Both the position numbers and the translations under genes were made by a program. The notes beneath the pieces were generated by a model, which was not told the origin of the DNA, did no database searches, and was given only the letters and a program-made list of their open reading frames with translations. From Dehalococcoidia bacterium (GTDB lineage: Bacteria > Chloroflexota > Dehalococcoidia > Lucifugimonadales > VXLM01), in contig OY759598.1 of the NCBI GenBank assembly GCA_963662435.1, forward strand, positions 4,067,923 to 4,131,922: a stretch of DNA of 64,000 bases, written 5' to 3'. Within the stretch, counting starts at the first letter, position 1, and every line of letters begins with the position of its first letter. Shown piece by piece: positions 1 through 8,369 of this stretch.

Positions 1-672
1 CAACGCATCGGACGCCTCCACCGACACCCGCGAGACGACAGGCTATCCGGCTACGCCGAGCCTCGTTGCATCGTTCTTATGCCTCCGACCGACGACCTCT
101 CTTCACTGCTTTCGTCTAAAGGAGGTGCCCCGAACAGCAACGGGCTTGGCTCGGTGTACCCCGATCTGCGCGTCCTCGAACTGACTCGTCGTCTCATCGT
201 CGAGTACTCCCGGAGCGGTGAACCTTGGAACATCCCCGAAATGAACCGCGAGCTAGTAGAGCGGACGACGCATTCGGACGCGCTGGATATGCTTGTTGGC
301 GCGAACGAGGACTGGATCGAGCATCGTAACAAGGTTGATGGCGGAATGATCGCCGACGGCATTACGGCGAAACTCGCAGTCGTCAGACGCGACACGTCCT
401 TTCTCGATAACGACGTCGTCTTTGCAGACGTCGAAGAAAAGATACGTACGAGATTGGGCGACGAGGGCATTAAGGTGGATCTCTGCCCGCCTCCACCGAG
501 TCCGTTCGATGCGGCGAAGAAGATCGACACCATTCGCATACCCGGGCACATGTCGATCGGGCTATCAGTGGACACGCCCATCACGCCGAACGTGTCGGCC
601 GACGGCGGCTTCACCTTTGCCGTCGGCGAAAAGCGCTTCGTGTATGACCGTTGGGGGCTGCGCCGCGATTAG
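1..672 (+). CDS. cas3: Cas3 helicase/nuclease, C-terminal part (5' end outside window)
   Basis: Frame 1 is open from base 1 and reads QRIGRLHRH (SF2 helicase motif VI as in Cas3). It ends YDRWGL and lies directly upstream of a Cascade operon. Confidence 0.9.
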   Translation, partial: QRIGRLHRHPRDDRLSGYAEPRCIVLMPPTDDLSSLLSSKGGAPNSNGLGSVYPDLRVLELTRRLIVEYSRSGEPWNIPEMNRELVERTTHSDALDMLVGANEDWIEHRNKVDGGMIADGITAKLAVVRRDTSFLDNDVVFADVEEKIRTRLGDEGIKVDLCPPPPSPFDAAKKIDTIRIPGHMSIGLSVDTPITPNVSADGGFTFAVGEKRFVYDRWGLRRD

Positions 673-690
673 CAACACAGCCCCCAACGG

Positions 691-767
691 TCAGAGACTC
701 CGCGTGTGCGGAGGAACCTGCGTTCGGTTGGTACAGGCGGGTCTATTCTCGCGTGGGCGAGAGATGT
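691..767 (-). ncRNA. Degenerate CRISPR mini-array (repeat-short spacer-repeat); crRNA-like regulatory RNA (CreA/CreR-like)
   Basis: Minus strand reads ACATCTCTCGCCCACGCGAGAATAGACC - CGCCTGTACCAACCGAACGCA - GGTTCCTCCGCACACGCGGAGTCTCTGA, versus array repeat GGTTCCCCCGCACACGCGGGGATAGACC. Both hairpins are preserved by compensatory changes. Confidence 0.85.
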
Positions 768-770
768 CCC

Positions 771-799
771 TTGACTCTGGGCAGAGAACTCTCTATAAT
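771..799 (+). promoter_or_regulatory. sigma70-type promoter for the small ORF and probably the Cascade operon
   Basis: TTGACT (771-776), 17 nt, TATAAT (794-799). Confidence 0.85.
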
Positions 800-838
800 G
801 CCTGTACAAAACGAACTACCCGAAACCAGGGAGATGAT

Positions 839-1018
839 ATGACAGAAGCACCACCCCATCGACTTGAGAATATCTTGCGGAGCAAAGAAGCGCAACTCGC
901 CAAAGCCAAAGATAGGTACGACAACCTCAGCTATGAGTGCAGGACTATCCGGTCCATGACCGAGATACTTGCCTCTAAAGTGGAACAAAAGTTTGACAGG
1001 TCCAAAGACTACCTGTAA
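839..1018 (+). CDS. 59-aa orphan helical/coiled-coil protein (candidate CRISPR-repressed toxin)
   Basis: MTEAPPHRLENILRSKEAQLAKAKDRYDNLSYECRTIRSMTEILASKVEQKFDRSKDYL, with a GGGAG RBS and a consensus promoter upstream. Confidence 0.6.
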   Translation: MTEAPPHRLENILRSKEAQLAKAKDRYDNLSYECRTIRSMTEILASKVEQKFDRSKDYL

Positions 1019-1069
1019 AATAGCACGCCCGTTCCTTGGAACGAATGAGCGGTAAGGAGAAGCTGGCCT

Positions 1070-2656
1070 ATGTACAACATCCTGACCGAACGCTTGATTC
1101 GGATGGACAAATCCGACGGTTCTCGTGTCGAAGCGTCTTTGCCGGCGGTCTACGCCGCGCTCATGGCCGACGAGGTGGAAGCCTTCCCCGCCCTCCGTCC
1201 TCATCAGCGCCACGCATGGCACGCCTTCCTCGTGCAGCTCGGAGCAATGGCCATGCACAAGGCGGGCATGACCGACCCCCCGGCGGACCCCGATATCTGG
1301 ACCGATCTCATACGCGCACTGACCGCCGACTTCCTCGACGACGAACCGTGGCAACTCGTGGTGAATGACATCACCAGGCCCGCGTTCATGCAGCCGCCCG
1401 CTTCATCCGAAGACAAGCTGGCCGACTACAAGAGCAACATCGAGACGCCCGACGAACTGGACATGCTCGTTACGTCCAAGAACCACGACGTGAAGTCGTC
1501 GGTCGCGGTCGCAAGCGGATACGACGACTTGATACTGGCACTGATCAGCCTACAGACTTCGGAAGGGTTCTCGGGGGCGGGCAACTACGGCATCTCGCGA
1601 ATGAACGGCGGACTAGGCAGCAGGCCCGCGTTCAGCGTCACGCCGTCTACCCGAACGGGAAAACACGTTCGACGCGATATTGTCGTGCTGCTCGAGCGTC
1701 GCGACGACTTGCTGGACAACTCCCCTATGGGGGAGGAAGGGACCGATCTCCTCTGGACGCTCCCTTGGGATGGCGCGAAAGTGGAGCCGTTGCTCCTCGA
1801 TGATCTCGCTCCTCTCTATATCGAGGTCTGCCGTCGGGTACGGCTGTGCGTGGGCGAGGACGGAAGACTCCACGCCATCAGAGCGACATCGAAGGCAGCC
1901 CGCATCGAAGCTAAAGCGCTCAACGGCATCACCGGCGATCCGTGGACCCCCATTGACGAAGGTAGTGGCAAATCACTGACGCTGGCCGCCGGAGGCTTCA
2001 CCTACAAGCGCACGGTGGACTATCTCGTCAAGTGGAAGCGGCCAATACTGTGCAAGCCGACGAACCCGGAGCTTCGCTCTTCAGACACGATGCATCTTGT
2101 CGCGCGCGGGATGGTGCGTGGACAAGGGAAGACGGAGGGCTACTACGAACGCACGATTCCAATACGGAAGAAACTGGGGTCGGCGATGATGCGGCAAGGC
2201 CCCGAAACGGACGATCTTGGTCGTATCGCCAATGACCGCATTGAGGATGTTGGCAAGATTCAACGGATTCTGAGCCACGCGATCCAAGTGTTCTTGGCCA
2301 GGGGTGAGACCGAGAAGGTTAGCCCAGAGCATCGAAATCTCGCTCGTCTCTGGCTGAATAGGCTGGACGAGACCGTGGATGCTCGATTCTTCGAGCACCT
2401 ACAAGAGGAATTCGAGGTCGATGGCAGGGATGAACGGCTGCGCATCCGCAACAACTGGCTGATGAACGATAACGAGGACGGCGTGGTGAACCGCGCCCGC
2501 GAGGTTCTGGCCGACGCCATAGACTCCCTCCCATGTCCCGAGATCAAGCGCTACAAGGCCCGCGTCCGTGCCGAAGGACTGTTCGAGGGCCGCATACGTG
2601 GCAACAAAGGGCTGCCATCCTTATTCACCGAGAAAGGAGACGATGATGACCACTAG
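1070..2656 (+). CDS. cas8e: Type I-E Cascade large subunit Cas8e/Cse1
   Basis: 528 aa, N-terminal YNILTERLI, PAFMQP, DPWTP; first gene of the Cascade operon. Confidence 0.85.
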   Translation: MYNILTERLIRMDKSDGSRVEASLPAVYAALMADEVEAFPALRPHQRHAWHAFLVQLGAMAMHKAGMTDPPADPDIWTDLIRALTADFLDDEPWQLVVNDITRPAFMQPPASSEDKLADYKSNIETPDELDMLVTSKNHDVKSSVAVASGYDDLILALISLQTSEGFSGAGNYGISRMNGGLGSRPAFSVTPSTRTGKHVRRDIVVLLERRDDLLDNSPMGEEGTDLLWTLPWDGAKVEPLLLDDLAPLYIEVCRRVRLCVGEDGRLHAIRATSKAARIEAKALNGITGDPWTPIDEGSGKSLTLAAGGFTYKRTVDYLVKWKRPILCKPTNPELRSSDTMHLVARGMVRGQGKTEGYYERTIPIRKKLGSAMMRQGPETDDLGRIANDRIEDVGKIQRILSHAIQVFLARGETEKVSPEHRNLARLWLNRLDETVDARFFEHLQEEFEVDGRDERLRIRNNWLMNDNEDGVVNRAREVLADAIDSLPCPEIKRYKARVRAEGLFEGRIRGNKGLPSLFTEKGDDDDH

Positions 2657-3263
2657 CGCACCTGACGCTGTTGCGTCGAACGTGGATGACCAGAACGAAC
2701 GCGGTAACACTTGGGGCGACATTGCCACGCAATTCGCTTGGCAAATGGCTCAGGAACACTTCGGACGAGGCGACTTGGCCGAGCTCCGCAGGATGAACCC
2801 CGACAGCACCGAATCGCCGGTACTCATGGGCTTACTGGCGCAAAAGGACCTGTTTGGTCCGCCCAAAGTGGAAAAGAAGTGGGCGCTCATTCTGCATGGC
2901 ATAGCCCTTATGACACCGAAGGGCGGCGATGATGAGTCGCGTGGTTCGGCACACAACGGGCAAATGCCGGTTGGCCGCGCGCTATATCTTGGCGGCGAAA
3001 CAGCCAGGGGAGAAGGCTTCTACAGCGAGGCCCGTCTCAAGCGCCTGTTGTCTTCACGCGGCGATATGACGCGAACACTGCTGGCAAGAGCGTTTCGGAT
3101 GCTGGCTGCCGCGAACGTCACCTTCAGTTGGCGGGAGATGGCGAACTTCATTTACAGCGACGGCTTCGATGAGAAAGCGGCAGAGCAACGCCGCCGCCGC
3201 ATCGCCCGCGAGTACTTCCAAGCTCAGTACCGATCGCAATCCGACGCCGCAGAAAACGAATAG
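2643..3263 (+). CDS. cse2: Cascade small subunit Cas11/Cse2
   Basis: GDLAELRR, SEARLKRLL, RRRIAREYF motifs; located between cas8e and cas7; AAAGGAG RBS. Confidence 0.85.
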   Translation: MMTTSAPDAVASNVDDQNERGNTWGDIATQFAWQMAQEHFGRGDLAELRRMNPDSTESPVLMGLLAQKDLFGPPKVEKKWALILHGIALMTPKGGDDESRGSAHNGQMPVGRALYLGGETARGEGFYSEARLKRLLSSRGDMTRTLLARAFRMLAAANVTFSWREMANFIYSDGFDEKAAEQRRRRIAREYFQAQYRSQSDAAENE

Positions 3264-3288
3264 CAAATCCACAACAAGGAGATACGAC

Positions 3289-4473
3289 ATGACCACACCA
3301 AAATTCTTACAGATCCACACGCTGCACTCCTACCCTGCCGCACTGCTGAACCGCGACGACAGCGGCCTAGCCAAGCGGATGCCGTTCGGCGGGGCGACAC
3401 GGACGCGCGTTTCGTCGCAGTGCCTCAAGCGACACTGGCGCATGGCGGACGATGAGTTCGCGGTGGGCAACATCGACGGTTCACGTGACGCCGTCCGCTC
3501 GCGGGAGATCGTGACGCGCCGCGTCATGCAGCCGCTCCGTGAATCGGGCGAATATTCGGAGGACTTCCTCAAGGCAGTTGAGGAAGAGTTCCAAAAGGGC
3601 GTGTACGGGTCCAGTGGAACGACCAGAAGCGGCCGGCAGCCCCTCCTGCTTGGACAGCCGGAGGTCGAGTACCTCCAGGCACAGGCGAGAGCGATATGCG
3701 AAGCTCACCCCGAAGAGACCGACGCCGCGGTTGAGGCCGCAGAACTGCTGTTCAGCGACCGGCGCTCCAACGAGCAGCGCGAGAACTTCCGCGCGTTCAG
3801 GCAGAGCGCCGCCTTGCCGGGCGGACTGATCGGCGCGCTATTCGGCAGGATGGTGACATCCGACCCGGCCGCCAACATCGACGCCGCCGTCCACGTCGCC
3901 CACGCCTTCACCGTACACCCGGAAGAGTCCGAGAGTGACTACTTCTCCGTCGTGGACGACTTGCAGCCCGCCGAGGATGACCCCGGCGCCGACCACATCG
4001 GCGACGTCGAACTCACCGCCGGGCTCTTCTACGGCTACACCGTCGTGGACGTTCCGGGCTTGGTCTCCAACCTCACGGGCTGCAAGGCGGGAGATTGGCA
4101 GGCCGCCGACCGCGAGCTTGCGGCAAAAGTGGTCGAGCACCTCATTCACCTGATCGCAACCGTGTCGCCGGGAGCGAAGCGCGGTTCTACCGCGCCCTAC
4201 GCCTACGCCAACCTGATGCTGGTCGAAGCAGGGTCGCGACAGCCGCGCAGCCTCGCCAACGCCTTCCGGGAGCCCGTTGAGAAGCCGCAGGTCGGCGAGG
4301 CGACAAGCGCACTGTCGTGTCATTTGTCGAAACTGGACGAGGCATACGGCAGGAGAGAGAGCCGGCGGATCATGTCGTTGGACGACTGCGACGTTCCAAG
4401 AGCGGAGCGCGTCAATCTCGACGACCTTGCCACTTGGGCCACGGACGCGGTCCGCAACGCGAAAGCGGCGTGA
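3289..4473 (+). CDS. cas7: Cas7/Cse4 backbone subunit
   Basis: LQIHTLHSYPAALLNRDDSG..K, RTRVSSQCLKR, ALFGRM, AHAFT, DYFSVVDDL. Confidence 0.95.
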   Translation: MTTPKFLQIHTLHSYPAALLNRDDSGLAKRMPFGGATRTRVSSQCLKRHWRMADDEFAVGNIDGSRDAVRSREIVTRRVMQPLRESGEYSEDFLKAVEEEFQKGVYGSSGTTRSGRQPLLLGQPEVEYLQAQARAICEAHPEETDAAVEAAELLFSDRRSNEQRENFRAFRQSAALPGGLIGALFGRMVTSDPAANIDAAVHVAHAFTVHPEESESDYFSVVDDLQPAEDDPGADHIGDVELTAGLFYGYTVVDVPGLVSNLTGCKAGDWQAADRELAAKVVEHLIHLIATVSPGAKRGSTAPYAYANLMLVEAGSRQPRSLANAFREPVEKPQVGEATSALSCHLSKLDEAYGRRESRRIMSLDDCDVPRAERVNLDDLATWATDAVRNAKAA

Positions 4474-4476
4474 ACC

Positions 4477-5268
4477 ATGCGACACCTGATACTCAACCTC
4501 GAATCGCCGCTGATGTCCTTCGGCGGCGAGACCATCGACAACTACGGCGTCATCCGCCGGTTCCCCGCCGCGTCCATGCTGACCGGCCTGTTTGCTAACG
4601 CCCTCGGCTGGCGGCGCATCGAACGGGAGCGGCATCAGAGCCTGCAAGAACGACTCGTGTTCGCCGCACGTATCGACCGCGAACCGGCCGGCGGCGTGAG
4701 GCTGAGGGATTACCAGACTGTGCAAATGGCGGATTCCGTAGACTTGTTTGTGCAGAACAACCAATGGGTGATTGGATGGACGACCCGAGGGACGCCGGAT
4801 AGACGTGCAGGAGCTCTAGGGTCAGCAGGAAGTGGGCCTTTCACACACCAACGCTACCGTGATTACTTCGCTGACATGCGCGTCAGCGTCGCGTTGCGCG
4901 TGGAGCCGGGAGATGAGTCGCCCACGCTCGACGAACTGGCCGACGCCCTACAAGAACCGGCCCGTCCTCTCTTCATTGGGCGAAAGCCCTGCCTGCCGTC
5001 CACGCCCCTGTTCGTGGATTTTATCGAGGCGGAAAACACGCTCGAAGCGCTGTTGAATTTTCCTCTGGAACGTACGGAACCCGACCGCGACATCCCCGTT
5101 CGCCTGCTCTGGTCGGACGGCGAGGGCGTGGACTACGTTCACGTAGACAGGGACTTCGTGCTGACCGATGAGCGCAACTGGGTCTCCGGTCTTCACGGCG
5201 GTGGGCGGCGTGTCTTCGAGGGAACGAGTCCGAGTGACTGCTTCGGCGTCAAGGAGAACCAGCCATGA
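4477..5268 (+). CDS. cas5: Cas5e
   Basis: LILNLESPLMSFG, GLFANALG, LFIGRKPCLPS. Confidence 0.95.
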   Translation: MRHLILNLESPLMSFGGETIDNYGVIRRFPAASMLTGLFANALGWRRIERERHQSLQERLVFAARIDREPAGGVRLRDYQTVQMADSVDLFVQNNQWVIGWTTRGTPDRRAGALGSAGSGPFTHQRYRDYFADMRVSVALRVEPGDESPTLDELADALQEPARPLFIGRKPCLPSTPLFVDFIEAENTLEALLNFPLERTEPDRDIPVRLLWSDGEGVDYVHVDRDFVLTDERNWVSGLHGGGRRVFEGTSPSDCFGVKENQP

Positions 5269-6005
5269 CCACCAACATGATACGCGCGGATATCGACGTG
5301 CGCTCCTTCTACCGCTGGGCCGGGACGAGAGGCATGATCAGCCGGAACGCCTTCGATCCCGGCTTCGCCATGCACTGCCTACTCACCGAGAGCTTCGGAC
5401 GTGACCTCGCGCCCAAGCCGTTCCGCGTCATCATTCCGCGAGACCGGAAACGCGGACGCGGGACCTTCTACGCATACTCGACTTCGCCCGCCGAAGAGTT
5501 CCGCGACACGGCGCAGACCTTCGCCTGTCCGCTCCAGTCCAAGATACTCCCCCCGTCGAGCATCGACGGCAAGACCATGCCTGACACATGGCGGACTGGA
5601 CAGCGATTGGGATTCGAGGCCCTGATCCGCCCGGTCGTGAGATGCGGACGAGGTTCCGATAGACCGGGCAAAGAACGAGACGCCTTCCAGGCCGAGGCAG
5701 AGCGTCACCCGAAAGGGGAGATGCGGCGCAACCGGGAAGAGGTCTACGTGGACTGGTTGTTCGACAGGCTTGCCCGGCGCGGCGCGCGTCTGGAGGAAGC
5801 GCGGCTGCGATCCTTCCAGAGGGTGCGCGTCGTCCGCAAGCTCCGTAAACACGCCTCCGAAGGCCCGGACGCCGTGATGCAAGGAACCCTCGAAGTGACC
5901 GATCAGACGGAATTCGCCAACCTCGTTTCCGATGGCGTGGGACGCCACCGCGCCTACGGATACGGAATGCTCTTGTTGCGTCCCGCGTCCACGTTGGCGC
6001 GTTGA
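5265..6005 (+). CDS. cas6e: Cas6e/Cse3 crRNA endoribonuclease
   Basis: C-terminal glycine-rich loop GVGRHRAYGYGMLLL. Confidence 0.95.
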   Translation: MTTNMIRADIDVRSFYRWAGTRGMISRNAFDPGFAMHCLLTESFGRDLAPKPFRVIIPRDRKRGRGTFYAYSTSPAEEFRDTAQTFACPLQSKILPPSSIDGKTMPDTWRTGQRLGFEALIRPVVRCGRGSDRPGKERDAFQAEAERHPKGEMRRNREEVYVDWLFDRLARRGARLEEARLRSFQRVRVVRKLRKHASEGPDAVMQGTLEVTDQTEFANLVSDGVGRHRAYGYGMLLLRPASTLAR

Positions 6006-6066
6006 CAAGCGCGTTCAATCCTCAATTCACGCACCTTAACATCCGAATATCACAAGTGGGAGGCGA

Positions 6067-6954
6067 ATGCACATGCTGCGAGGAAGACTGGGACTTGAAA
6101 CCGCAAGAATTCCTCATGCGGACCGACAGGGGCTTCTGTGGCTGAGTCGAGGGGCGTTGACCGTCCGGGACGGAACCCTGCGCTTCGAGCGCCAAGCCGA
6201 CGCCGATTCGGGAAGCCCCCTCGACTCCGGCGAATACGGCATCCCGTTTCAGTCCCTTTCGATGATCCTGTTAGGTCCAGGATCCACCGTCAGCCACGAC
6301 GCGCTGCGCTTGATGGCGCGTCACTGGACCGGTCTCGTCGCAGTCGGGGAGGACGGTGTCAGGTGTTATACGGCCCCGCCGTTGATGCCTGACACGTCCG
6401 ACATCGCCCGTCGGCAGATGCGCGCATGGGGAGACGCCGAAGGCAGCCGCATCACCGTGGCCCGCAAGATGTACGCCCTGCGTCTCGGCGAAGTGCTCCC
6501 GAACCAGAACATCGAAGCCTTGCGAGGTATCGAGGGGGCCCGCATGAGGCGAACGTACAGGAACCTGGCTCAGCGGTACGGGATCACGTGGAGGGGCCGC
6601 CGCTACGACAGGGCCAATCCCCTCGCGGCCGATGTTCCGAATCAGGCGATCAATCATGCGTCCGTCGCGGTCACTTCGGCGGCGGTGATTGCCGTGATTT
6701 CGGTGGGCGCTATTCCTCAACTGGGCTTCATCCACGAGCACAGCGGAGACGCATTCGCGTTGGACATAGCCGATCTGTTCCGCGACACTGTCCTGCTTCC
6801 AGCCGCGTTCAAGTCGGCCAAAGCCGTCATCGAAAACCCGACGCTCGATATCGAAAGGCACACTCGGCGCACGACGGGAGAGATGCTGCGAACCGAGCGC
6901 GTGATACCCAAAATGATAGGGAATTATATACTTGACTTCGCAAAACGCCTGTAG
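6067..6954 (+). CDS. cas1: Cas1 (I-E); native C-terminus replaced by IS-derived residues after position 6918
   Basis: LLGPGSTVSHDA, LRGIEG, GFIH, DIADL. The last residues GNYILDFAKRL are encoded by the IS terminal repeat region. Confidence 0.9.
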   Translation: MHMLRGRLGLETARIPHADRQGLLWLSRGALTVRDGTLRFERQADADSGSPLDSGEYGIPFQSLSMILLGPGSTVSHDALRLMARHWTGLVAVGEDGVRCYTAPPLMPDTSDIARRQMRAWGDAEGSRITVARKMYALRLGEVLPNQNIEALRGIEGARMRRTYRNLAQRYGITWRGRRYDRANPLAADVPNQAINHASVAVTSAAVIAVISVGAIPQLGFIHEHSGDAFALDIADLFRDTVLLPAAFKSAKAVIENPTLDIERHTRRTTGEMLRTERVIPKMIGNYILDFAKRL

Positions 6955-6980
6955 TAAACTGTCTTTAGACTAGGAAACAG

Positions 6981-7916
6981 GTGATACAAATGGGACGCGA
7001 CGGCGGGGTCACAATCAGCGCGTATGAGTTCTTCAAGACGTTCCCCGATGAGCGCACAGCCCTAGAGTACATTGAGGGTATCCGTTGGCCCGACGGGGCT
7101 ATCCAGTGTCCGCACTGCGACGGCGACAGGACTTCGCGGCAACGGGCATACCAGTACCATCAGTGCAAGGACTGCCGGAAGAAGTTCACCGTTCGGACAG
7201 GAACGATATTCGAGCGATCTCATATCCCGTTGGACAAGTGGCTCTACGGTATGTATATACTCCAAACAGCCCGCAAGGGCGTCTCGAGCCTCCAACTCTC
7301 GAAGGAACTCGGCATCACGCAAAAGGCGACCTGGTTCATGCTCCATAGGCTACGGGCTGCCTGTGACATAGAGGCGACTCCCCTCAGTGGTGAGGTCGAG
7401 ATTGACGAGACCTTCATCGGGGGCAGAGAGGCGAACCGGCATGAGTCGAAGAAGCAGCACGCCGGACGCGGTCCAGTTGGGAAGCAGCCCGTCCTGGGTA
7501 TGCGACAGCGCAACGGCAGGGTGAGCGCCATGCCAATATCGGACACCACGACCGAGAGCATTGGCCGCGAAGTGTTCCACGGCGTTGAGCCTGGCGCAAC
7601 GATCTACACCGACGAACATGCCGCCTACAGGCAGTTCGGAGAGCGGTACCAGCACGAGACGGTCAAGCACAGCGTCAAGGAATTCGTGAACGGTATGGCA
7701 TCCACGAACGGTATCGAGAGTGTTTGGGCAGTCCTGAAACGCGGATACAACGGCGTGTACCATCAGTGGAGCTTCAAGCATATGGCACGGTACGTCAATG
7801 AGTTCACCTTCCGGCTGAACGAGGGCAACGTATCACGGCATACGATGAAGCGACTTGAAAGCCTCGTACAGGGCGCAATCGGCAAGAGGCTCACCTACAG
7901 GGAGTTGATAGCATGA
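6981..7916 (+). CDS. IS1595-family transposase
   Basis: N-terminal Zn ribbon (CPHC..CKDC), VEIDETFIGG, IYTDE, TNGIESVW, YVNEFTFR. Promoter TTGACT-17-TAAACT at 6932-6960. Confidence 0.95.
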   Translation: MIQMGRDGGVTISAYEFFKTFPDERTALEYIEGIRWPDGAIQCPHCDGDRTSRQRAYQYHQCKDCRKKFTVRTGTIFERSHIPLDKWLYGMYILQTARKGVSSLQLSKELGITQKATWFMLHRLRAACDIEATPLSGEVEIDETFIGGREANRHESKKQHAGRGPVGKQPVLGMRQRNGRVSAMPISDTTTESIGREVFHGVEPGATIYTDEHAAYRQFGERYQHETVKHSVKEFVNGMASTNGIESVWAVLKRGYNGVYHQWSFKHMARYVNEFTFRLNEGNVSRHTMKRLESLVQGAIGKRLTYRELIA

Positions 7917-8254
7917 GCGATAACGACACCATCGGGAAGGCCGTCGTCGAGTACACGGACAACCGAAAACATCTCGCGTGCGTGCTGAAAGACCTTGCAG
8001 ACATGGGGAAGGCCCTATCGAAGTTGAGCGAAGCGCTACAATCTGGGCCGGAACGTGTTGCCGTCAGGAATGGTCAAATCATCGTCACGATACATAACCC
8101 CATCGTTTTCGCGCAGCACGACGAAACCATCCCGACGCTTGACGTTGCACGACTTGAGGCGCAGCTTCAAGACCTTCAGCGGACTACTCGTGAGCGCGGG
8201 TCACTGGAGAAGACATTGCGTGACCTGGGCCTGGGAGATCTGGTTGTCGACTAG
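7913..8254 (+). CDS. Hypothetical passenger protein (113 aa)
   Basis: ATGA overlap with the transposase stop codon. Confidence 0.55.
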   Translation: MSDNDTIGKAVVEYTDNRKHLACVLKDLADMGKALSKLSEALQSGPERVAVRNGQIIVTIHNPIVFAQHDETIPTLDVARLEAQLQDLQRTTRERGSLEKTLRDLGLGDLVVD

Positions 8255-8369
8255 ACGCCGGCTTCCCCCTGGGCTTCCGGTCCTTCTTGGGACTGAATGC
8301 CAGCACCTTCTTGGTCACGCGGTCCATCGTCTTCTGGTCGAATTTCTCCATGTTGCATGTCTCCCTCGG

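Noticed and set aside
8184..8351. Possible 55-aa basic ORF (MEKFDQKTMDRVTKKVLAF...) on the minus strand inside the IS
   Set aside because: It overlaps the convergent 113-aa ORF and has no recognisable motif; too weak to call.
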